Positions 56,932 to 64,000 of a stretch of DNA of 64,000 bases are shown piece after piece; position 1 is the first letter of the stretch; every line of letters starts with the position of its first letter. Position numbers and translations under genes: made by a program. The stretch covers positions 64,001 to 128,000 of the forward strand of contig CAZQNA010000001.1 of the NCBI GenBank assembly GCA_964594835.1, given 5' to 3'. This stretch comes from an uncultured Nitrososphaerota archaeon (GTDB taxonomy: Archaea; Korarchaeota; Korarchaeia; Korarchaeales; Korarchaeaceae). The notes under the pieces were generated by a model that was not told the DNA's origin, did no database searches, and was given only the letters and a program-made list of their open reading frames with translations.

Positions 56932-56945
56932 CGAGGTGATGGAGC

Positions 56946-57635
56946 ATGTTCCCGATACGTGACGAGAATCCGAGCGGCATAAGGCCAACGGTCACCTACG
57001 CGCTGATAGCGGCCAACGTGATCGCCTTCCTCTGGGAGCTGGTCTACGGGCTGGATCGGGCCGTCTTAGAACTCGGCTTTGTGCCCGCCCTGTTCTTGGC
57101 GGACCCGCTGGGGAACGCCTACAGGATATTCACGTCGATGTTTCTTCACGGGGGCTGGTCCCACCTGATAGGCAACATGATCTACCTTTACATCTTTGGA
57201 GACAACGTCGAGGCGGCCTTCGGTAGGGGGAAGTACCTGACGTTCTACCTGGCCTCGGGCGTGGGCGCCACTGGGCTCCACGTCCTGACGGCGATGGCTC
57301 CTCCGGCGTCATACGTCCCGGCGGTTGGGGCTTCAGGGGCCATAAGCGGTGTCCTCGGGGCGTACTGGCTCTTCTATCCCCACGCGAGGATACAGACAGT
57401 CGTCACCTACGGGTTCTTCTGGCAGGTGGTCAGGATACCGGCGTACTACTACATAGGGTTTTGGTTCGTGTACCAGCTGATCATGGGAACGCTGGGGGTC
57501 TCCGGCGTGGCCTGGTGGGCTCACATCGGTGGGTTCATCACCGGAATCGTCCTGGGCGTCCCTCTTAGGAGGGAGGCAAGGAGGAGGGAGGCGCTCAGGA
57601 GGGGCTACCTGGACTACTACGTGACTTGGTACTGA
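56946..57635 (+). CDS. Rhomboid intramembrane serine protease
   Basis: SMFLHGG..HL.GNM, GASGAISG, AHIGGF. Confidence 0.93.
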   Translation: MFPIRDENPSGIRPTVTYALIAANVIAFLWELVYGLDRAVLELGFVPALFLADPLGNAYRIFTSMFLHGGWSHLIGNMIYLYIFGDNVEAAFGRGKYLTFYLASGVGATGLHVLTAMAPPASYVPAVGASGAISGVLGAYWLFYPHARIQTVVTYGFFWQVVRIPAYYYIGFWFVYQLIMGTLGVSGVAWWAHIGGFITGIVLGVPLRREARRREALRRGYLDYYVTWY

Positions 57636-57653
57636 GGGTGGGACTCTCTATCC

Positions 57654-58496
57654 TCAGAGTAGGGGGAGGGCCCTCCATCGGAGGCCCTCCTCCACGACGA
57701 CTGCCGCGGGCGTCCCGCCGTAGAACCTGCAGCTGAAAACGCTAAGCAGACCTCCGCCGAAGAACGCCCTGACCCCCTCCGGAAAGAACTCGTGGGCCCT
57801 CACGACGAGCTTCAGCCCCGAGTTGTCGACGAAGCGCCTGAAGGCCGCCTCTCCGAACCTGAATATTCCGGGTCCCCGGGGACTTGGGGCGAACTCCTCC
57901 ACGGCCTCATCTGGATCGTTCCAGAGGAGCTGGAGGGCCACTGGGTGGTCGGGGTTGAGGTCCCCCTTCGGGAGCTCCGCCACCGACTGGGCCCTCTCGA
58001 GCCCCTTGGGCACGCCCCCGTGGACGGCAAAGACCTCCTCACCTATCAGGGCGGCGTACGGAAGCTGAGCGAACAGCCGGGAGACCCGTCCATAGACGGA
58101 GGCCCCATAGAGGTCCGACAGGGCCCTGAGGAAGCCGTAGTAGGGGTTAGTGATCGGGCTCTCGTGGTTTCCGCGGAGTAGCACGACCCTCTCGGGCTCC
58201 GCCAGCCGCCACGCCAGCACGAAGGAGAGCGTCTCGACCTGCCTAGGCCCCCTGTCGACGTAGTCCCCCAGGAGGACGACGGTCCCCCCCAACCTCTCTG
58301 CCAACCCCCTCGCCCTGACCGCGGACTCTAGATCTCCATGCGTGTCGCCCACGAAGAGGACGGGCCACGGGGGCTCCACCTGGAGGAGTAGTGGGGCCCT
58401 TGAGAACTCCTCCTCGGCTAGGTCGACGAGGGAGAGGAATGCCTCCCTCTCCGGCGGCAGGTCGGGCCTCGCTAGGATGTCCCTAGGGTCAGCCAA
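57654..58496 (-). CDS. PPP-family Ser/Thr protein phosphatase
   Basis: GDTHG, GDYVDRG, LRGNHE, HGG, LWNDP, RAHE. Confidence 0.92.
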   Translation of the reverse strand: MADPRDILARPDLPPEREAFLSLVDLAEEEFSRAPLLLQVEPPWPVLFVGDTHGDLESAVRARGLAERLGGTVVLLGDYVDRGPRQVETLSFVLAWRLAEPERVVLLRGNHESPITNPYYGFLRALSDLYGASVYGRVSRLFAQLPYAALIGEEVFAVHGGVPKGLERAQSVAELPKGDLNPDHPVALQLLWNDPDEAVEEFAPSPRGPGIFRFGEAAFRRFVDNSGLKLVVRAHEFFPEGVRAFFGGGLLSVFSCRFYGGTPAAVVVEEGLRWRALPLL

Positions 58497-59940
58497 TCCT
58501 GGGGGGCCTCCCGACCGCTAGGTAGACCATTCCGCCGGGCACCTCTCGGGCGTCCAGACAGTCTCTGCCGTCGACGACAACTCTGAGAGAGCCGCCGGAG
58601 AGCTCCCTCAGCGCGCGCGGACTCATCCCCACGTACTCGGGGTGATCCGTCGAGAGCACGGCGACCTCGCACCCGCGCAGGGCTGCCTCGAGGTCTGAGA
58701 AGAGCTCAACCTCCTCGGGGAGCCCCTCTCTGCTCGCGACCCGTGGATCGTGGACCCTTACCTCTCCGAAGCCGAGGTCCAGGAGTCGATCGACTAGGTC
58801 GTAGGTCGGACTCAGCCTGGCGTCCGCGACTCCCCCCCTGAAGGCCAGCCCGAGCACGCACACCCTGACTCGCCGGGGATCCAGCCCCGATCGCCTCGCC
58901 CCCTCCAAGGCCAGCCTGGCCACGTGCCCCGGCATCTCCGAGTTCACCCTCCTCGCCAGCTCGACGAGGCCGAGGGGCACGCCGACGTCTCTCGCCGACT
59001 CCAGGAGGAAGTGGGGGTAGACAGGTATGCAGGCCCCGCCCACCCCCGTCCCGGGGCGATGCAGGTGGCAGAAGGGCTGACTGTTCGCCGCCCTCCTGAC
59101 CTCCTCGAACTCTATCCCCAGCCTGCTGGCGAGGATCGCGAGCTGGTTGGCCAGGGCTATGTTGACGTCCCTGTACACCCCCTCCGCGAGCTTCTCGAAC
59201 TCCGCCGCCACGTCGCTGGAGAGCACCATGACGCCCCGCTTGGCCACCGCCTGATACAGGGCGGCCGCGGCCCTGGCGCTCTCCGGCCCGACCCCTCCGA
59301 CGATCTTGGGATACCTCTCGACGATGTCCTCCAGCGCCCTGCCGACGTAGATCCTCTCTGGGCTGTACGCCAGGCCGAAATCCCTCTCCGCCACGAGTCC
59401 GCTCTCCTCCTCCAGGATGGGCTTCAGGACCTTCCTGGTGGTCCCCGGGGGGACGCTGCTCTCGAGGATGACCAGATCGCCCCTCTTCAGGCCCTTCCCA
59501 ATCGACCTGGTGGCGGCCCTGAGCGCGGAGAGGTCGGAACTGACCGAATCACCCTCGAACCTGAGACTCGTCGGTACGGCTATCAGCTTGACGTCCGACT
59601 CCCGGGAGGCCATGACGCCGTCGGTTGTCGCCCTGAGCCTGCCAGATGCCAGCGCCTCTCTCAGCGCCTCCTCCACCCCGGGCTCGTCGACGGGGCTGCG
59701 GCCCGCGGCGACGGCCGCGACCCTGCCCTCGTCGATATCGACCCCAATGGCCCTGGCGCCCGCGGACAGCCAGGCTGCCATGAGCGGGGTGCCGACGTAG
59801 CCCAGCCCGTAGACCGAGACTGTGATCTCGCCGCTGCCCAGGGCCTCGATCAGCCGATCCTCCGCCTCTCCAAGAACCCTCATCCAATCACCCCTCGGCT
59901 CTAATGGCTCCCTCCTCCCCCTCCCCTCCTCCCCTGCCAC
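58489..59940 (-). CDS. Nucleotide-sugar dehydrogenase (second WecC-like paralog)
   Basis: GLGYVG, ESSVPPGT, YSPER, KLAEGVYRDVNIALAN, GVGGACI. Start may be ATG 59883. Confidence 0.9.
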   Translation of the reverse strand: MAGEEGRGRREPLEPRGDWMRVLGEAEDRLIEALGSGEITVSVYGLGYVGTPLMAAWLSAGARAIGVDIDEGRVAAVAAGRSPVDEPGVEEALREALASGRLRATTDGVMASRESDVKLIAVPTSLRFEGDSVSSDLSALRAATRSIGKGLKRGDLVILESSVPPGTTRKVLKPILEEESGLVAERDFGLAYSPERIYVGRALEDIVERYPKIVGGVGPESARAAAALYQAVAKRGVMVLSSDVAAEFEKLAEGVYRDVNIALANQLAILASRLGIEFEEVRRAANSQPFCHLHRPGTGVGGACIPVYPHFLLESARDVGVPLGLVELARRVNSEMPGHVARLALEGARRSGLDPRRVRVCVLGLAFRGGVADARLSPTYDLVDRLLDLGFGEVRVHDPRVASREGLPEEVELFSDLEAALRGCEVAVLSTDHPEYVGMSPRALRELSGGSLRVVVDGRDCLDAREVPGGMVYLAVGRPPRIG

Positions 59941-61462
59941 CCAAGAGGAGCCACGCGTAGACCGGGGCAGCCGTGATCACCCCGATCGCGAGGGCGATCA
60001 TCGGGCGCCCCTCTAGCCTGGGTGTGAGGAACGCCTCTATCACGGCGTAGGCGGGGAGCAGTATGGCGGAGAAAAGGGGGAGGATGACCGCCCTCCTTGC
60101 GCTCAGAATCGCGGAAGACCTGTCCCTCCCGGGGAAGAATAGCCTCCAGGCGATCTTCATCCCCCCTGCCGCGGCCACGAGGAACAGCGTGAGCTCGCCC
60201 AGCCCGTGAGCCACCACCAGGGACAGGAACGTGAGCCAGCTGCTGGAGGCCGCGGAGTGGGCGGCCAGCGCGCCAACGACGGCGCCGTTCGTCAGGAGCA
60301 TCAGCAGGACGGGATAGATGGCCGGACCTCCCCCCAGCAGGACCCCCAGATCCACCCTCACGTTGTTCATGGCTATTGCGACGGTCAGCAGCGCTGGATT
60401 CGCGGCTACGGCCCCGCCCGGTGGACCGAATATCCTCCTCAACTCCTCGGCGAACCCCGTGCCCACCCAGTATCCCAGTCCAAGGCCGGAGAGAAGTATG
60501 AGGACCGCCGCCAGGAAGAAGGGGGCGCTCGAGCGGAACTCCTCTGGCGCCGACCCAATGACCTGAGCCAGCCCCGGCAAGATCCTCGGCTCCCTCCTCC
60601 CTGACCTCATCTCCGCGAGCGACCTGAGGGCACGCGCCCTCGCCTCGAACTCCACTCGATCCTCGATCCTCGAGGCCAGCCGAGAGGCCCTTCGAAGTAC
60701 GGAGGCGGACCTCTCGGCCAGGCTCTCTCTCTTGAAGGTCACGATTCCACTCATTAACCCGTATGCCACGACGCCAACCCTCCAGTCGTCTTCGCTCAGC
60801 CCGAGGAGACTCGTGACTTGCCTGCGGGCCTCATCCTCCGATACTCCCCTCCTGGCCGCGATCCTCCGCAGGACCTCCCGGGCTACGTCCGATCCCTCCC
60901 TCTCAAGCCTCTCCCTCACCTCGCCTATGAGACCCTCGACGATTGCCCGATCCCTCTCCCAGGCCCTCCCTCCGGTCCTCTTGAGGACTTCGAATCGGCG
61001 TGTGGTTGGCAGGGCCAGAGCCACCTTCTTCTCATCGACCACGAACGTTCCGGCCAGGACGTCACCCAGCCTGCGGCGGTCCCTCCTGATGAGCATTGGG
61101 ATGCCGAGGAGAGCTAGGTCAGAGGCCCTTGCCAGTCCCCTGACGAGCGCCTGCCAGTAGGTAGGGGGCTCAAGGTCCTCCCCCAGCACCCTCACGCCGA
61201 GGAGCTCCTTTCCCAGAGTCGCGCCGCGCCTCCCCTCAAGGTAGGAGAAGTAGACCACGTAGCCGAAGAACTCCAGGCTCGCCACGGTCCACAGGTGAAG
61301 GAACCCTCTCCCGAGTCCCAGGAGCAGCAAGGGGGCGAATAGGAACCCGATCACGATCAGGTCCAGCACGAAGGCCGCCAGCCTCGCTAAGGCGCCTGCT
61401 GCGAGTTCTCCCGCAACCTCCATCTCGAAGCCCGCTCGCCAGTTGACTGGCCCCTCGGTCAT
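59888..61462 (-). CDS. RDD-domain / SpoIIM-domain fusion membrane protein
   Basis: N-terminal RLAAFVLD, GATLGK..LG.RV, RLGDVLAGT.VV (RDD); C-terminal IAMNN, NG..VG, HGLGE, IEAF.TP (SpoIIM). Confidence 0.8.
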   Translation of the reverse strand: MTEGPVNWRAGFEMEVAGELAAGALARLAAFVLDLIVIGFLFAPLLLLGLGRGFLHLWTVASLEFFGYVVYFSYLEGRRGATLGKELLGVRVLGEDLEPPTYWQALVRGLARASDLALLGIPMLIRRDRRRLGDVLAGTFVVDEKKVALALPTTRRFEVLKRTGGRAWERDRAIVEGLIGEVRERLEREGSDVAREVLRRIAARRGVSEDEARRQVTSLLGLSEDDWRVGVVAYGLMSGIVTFKRESLAERSASVLRRASRLASRIEDRVEFEARARALRSLAEMRSGRREPRILPGLAQVIGSAPEEFRSSAPFFLAAVLILLSGLGLGYWVGTGFAEELRRIFGPPGGAVAANPALLTVAIAMNNVRVDLGVLLGGGPAIYPVLLMLLTNGAVVGALAAHSAASSSWLTFLSLVVAHGLGELTLFLVAAAGGMKIAWRLFFPGRDRSSAILSARRAVILPLFSAILLPAYAVIEAFLTPRLEGRPMIALAIGVITAAPVYAWLLLGGRGGGEGEEGAIRAEG

Positions 61463-61742
61463 CGGCCGATCGGAGATCCAGGTCGGTATAAAGTGATTCA
61501 GAGGGGTGGAAAAGTGCTGAATACCTCATTAATTGTTTGCTCCAACGCGTCAACTATCCGTGAACTAATTTAAAAGAGCCAGAGATGCCTCCGATTAGGA
61601 AGTATCATTAACTTGCAATTGTTGGGTCCGAGGGCCTCCAATCGGTTGAACTGGCCTTCACGACGGTCCCTCCAGCCGTGCCGTCTCCGTTGGAACCGGT
61701 AAACTTTTATCCTCTACGCGCCCCAATCCCGAAGGTGAAAGC

Positions 61743-61970
61743 ATGCCCAGGTATCTGCCAAAGGCCCCTGTTGCGCGGATAATCAAGGAGGCTGGTGCTG
61801 AGAGGGTCAGTGAATCCGCGACTGAGACGCTAGTCTATCATCTTGAGAAGTTTGGCGTTGAGGTCGCGAAGCAGGCTGCTGAGCTTGCCAGGCACGCCGG
61901 AAGAAAGACCGTAACCGCAGAAGACATAGATCTGGCTATCCAGGCCATCTGGAAGAAGCCTAGGAGGTAG
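61743..61970 (+). CDS. Archaeal histone (HMf family)
   Basis: [30 protein letters not shown]. Confidence 0.95.
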   Translation: MPRYLPKAPVARIIKEAGAERVSESATETLVYHLEKFGVEVAKQAAELARHAGRKTVTAEDIDLAIQAIWKKPRR

Positions 61971-61989
61971 GCGAGCTCGCAGCCCTCCC

Positions 61990-62008
61990 CTCCCCTTTTT
62001 CCTTTTCC
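61990..62008 (+). terminator. Oligo-T terminator of histone gene
   Basis: CCCCTTTTTCCTTTT pyrimidine tract just after the stop codon. Confidence 0.5.
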
Positions 62009-62044
62009 GCGCCCTCGCCCGACCGCATCCGCCCCTGCTGATAT

Positions 62045-62869
62045 CTACTCTCTTTCTCCTTCTCCCATTATTGACAGGGCCTTCTGTACTGTCTCCATGT
62101 TTGCTCTGAGGCGGGACAGGTTCTCCTCAATCTTTTCTCTCCTCGTCTCGTACTCTATGTCTGATATTTGACCCAGCGCAGCCTTTGCTCGAAGTACCTC
62201 AAGCTCCCGCTCCATCTCCCTTATCGCCTTTTTAGACTCGACCAGCTCCTCCTCGAGCTCCGACCTCTTCTCCTCCAGGCTCCTTATCAGCTCCTCCCTC
62301 AGACCCCTGAGATCCTGGTAGAGGTCCACAAATGTGTCTTCCGAGATGTCCCCCTTCACCAGGAGGTCTCTGAGCTTCTTTCTCTTGAACTCGAGGTCCT
62401 CTAGCTGGCTGAGCATGTCCTGAACCACGTCGAGGAGGCCCTTTACCTCCACCGCCTCCCCGGCGGTCTCCGGAACCACCTCCTGAGGTCTGGGCTGCGG
62501 GACAGGGGGCGCTGGCTGCTCCTCCCCGACTACCGCGGCTGCCGGGGCGGGGGGCTGAGGCTGAGCCTCGACCGCCACCTCCTCCGGCCGAGGCTGGGGC
62601 TGGGGGGCTTCTTCCCTGAGCAGCTCGGCGACGACCTCCTCCACCCCCTCGGTCTTCCTCTCCAGCTCGGTCGCGACGGCCTCGTACTCATCCAGGCTCA
62701 TCTCTCCCCTCTGTAGGGTCTCCCTCAGCCTCATGAGGCTCAGGGCCGACTCCAGCTTCGCCTTGAGAGACTCGTACTCATCTTTCTCGATGTCTCCAAG
62801 CAGGTACTTTTCGCTCAGCTTTAGGAGGGCCTTTTTCACCTGCTGCTCGTTGAGGTCCCTACCCTCCAT
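62045..62869 (-). CDS. Coiled-coil protein, CdvA-like/SHOCT-like repeats
   Basis: Four G(D/E/Q)(I/M)xxxx(Y/F) turn motifs within heptad helices, with a Pro/Glu-rich linker. Confidence 0.6.
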   Translation of the reverse strand: MEGRDLNEQQVKKALLKLSEKYLLGDIEKDEYESLKAKLESALSLMRLRETLQRGEMSLDEYEAVATELERKTEGVEEVVAELLREEAPQPQPRPEEVAVEAQPQPPAPAAAVVGEEQPAPPVPQPRPQEVVPETAGEAVEVKGLLDVVQDMLSQLEDLEFKRKKLRDLLVKGDISEDTFVDLYQDLRGLREELIRSLEEKRSELEEELVESKKAIREMERELEVLRAKAALGQISDIEYETRREKIEENLSRLRANMETVQKALSIMGEGERE

Positions 62870-62950
62870 TCTTCACCAGCCGCGGCGGCGGGCCATAGAA
62901 TAATTTTAACTTGCCCGATTTTAGGCGAGGAAGAGGGAGGTCTCGACTCG

Positions 62951-64000
62951 TTGAGAAAGCTCATCTATCTGGTCTTGGATGGAGCCGCCGGAACTCTTGG
63001 AAGGGAGACTGCCCTATCCAAGGCCGTGAAGCCGGGGTTGGATAGGCTCGCGGAGCTAGGCGCCTGCGGGCTCACCTACACGGTGTCGAGGGGCGTGGCC
63101 CCCGAGAGCGACGCGGCCGTCATGTCCATCCTGGGGTACGATCCCATCCGGTACTACACGGGCAGAGGCCCGATAGAGGCGGCGGGGGCCGGCATCCTCC
63201 TCAGCGAGGGGGAGGTCGCGTTCAGGGCGAACTTCGCCACGGTCGAGCCGCCCACCCTCAGGATAGTGGACAGGAGGGTCGGCAGGAGCCTCAGAACCGA
63301 CGAGGCGAGGGAGCTGGCCTCGTCGCTCGACGGCATGGGCCTCAGCCTCCCGGGGTCCTACGTGAAGGTCAGGGCCACAGTCGGGCACCGTGCCGTGGTC
63401 GTGATGGGGGTGGAGGGTCGAGAGCTCTCCGAAAGGGTTGAGAACACGGATCCAGCCTACAGGCGGGCTGGACTCATGAGCGTGGCCGTCCCGAGTCCAG
63501 ACATGAGGGTGCGGAGGTGCGAACCGCTGGACTCGTCGCCGGAGGCTAGGCTGACCGCCGAGCTCGTCAACGAGTTCACGAGGAGGGCCATCGAGATCCT
63601 GGACCGCCACCCGGTTAACGAGGAGCGAAGGAGGAGGGGCCTGCTTCCAGCCAACGCCATCCTCCTCAGGGATGCGGGGGCTAGGCTCCCTCCGGTGGAG
63701 CCCATATCCCAGAGATACGGCCTGTCCTTCGGGGCGGTCGCAGAGATGCCGGTGGAGATAGGGATCTCCCGTCTCCTCGGCATGTCCACGGTGGAGGTTC
63801 CACCCCCGTCGGGGGACCTTGTGCGGGACATGCCCACCAGGCTGGACGCGACCATTCGACTGCTCAGGAGCGTAGACGTGGCGTACGTTCACCTGAAGGG
63901 CCCGGACGAGCCGGGTCACGATGGGGACATGGGGGCCAAGGTAGAGGCCATAGAGACGATAGACGAGATGTTCGTCCGACCCCTCATCGAGGAACACGGG
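62951..64000 (+). CDS. apgM: 2,3-bisphosphoglycerate-independent phosphoglycerate mutase, truncated by window end
   Basis: Manual translation from TTG 62951: LIYLVLDG, APESDAA, ILGYDP, GRGPIEAAG, AFRANFAT, HPVN, PANAILLR, HLKGPDEPGHDG. Confidence 0.9.
   Translation, partial: MRKLIYLVLDGAAGTLGRETALSKAVKPGLDRLAELGACGLTYTVSRGVAPESDAAVMSILGYDPIRYYTGRGPIEAAGAGILLSEGEVAFRANFATVEPPTLRIVDRRVGRSLRTDEARELASSLDGMGLSLPGSYVKVRATVGHRAVVVMGVEGRELSERVENTDPAYRRAGLMSVAVPSPDMRVRRCEPLDSSPEARLTAELVNEFTRRAIEILDRHPVNEERRRRGLLPANAILLRDAGARLPPVEPISQRYGLSFGAVAEMPVEIGISRLLGMSTVEVPPPSGDLVRDMPTRLDATIRLLRSVDVAYVHLKGPDEPGHDGDMGAKVEAIETIDEMFVRPLIEEHG

Noticed and set aside
1-64000. CRISPR arrays, IS elements, prophage or integrase
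   Set aside because: No regularly spaced repeats, transposase or integrase motifs, or compositional island seen by eye.

Overview
GC-rich (about 65% by eye), densely packed archaeal core-genome window. Histone, eS26, eS17, PolB1, GatDE and an archaeal DnaG together point to the TACK group, and the gene set is Korarchaeota-like (inference). It holds about 57 CDSs covering translation (Ile/Asp/Pro/Trp-tRNA synthetases, GatDE, a short uL22-uS3-uL29-Rpp29-uS17 operon, Pelota), two family B DNA polymerases, most of the archaeal mevalonate/isoprenoid route (thiolase, HMG-CoA synthase, DUF35, HMG-CoA reductase, a fused AcnX, GGPP synthase), nucleoside/pentose-bisphosphate enzymes and surface proteins. 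RNA genes are a stand-alone 5S rRNA, a likely C/D-box sRNA and a structured K-turn-containing leader upstream of dnaG. I saw no CRISPR array, transposase, integrase, intein or tRNA, and no unambiguous novel multi-gene system. The best leads are the dnaG leader RNA, the single-chain phosphomevalonate dehydratase, a proofreading-dead PolB, an orphan VirB2/CedA1-like pilin, a CdvA-like coiled-coil protein, a probable CTG start codon and several apparent pseudoenzymes. All calls come from reading motifs by eye; no database searches were run.
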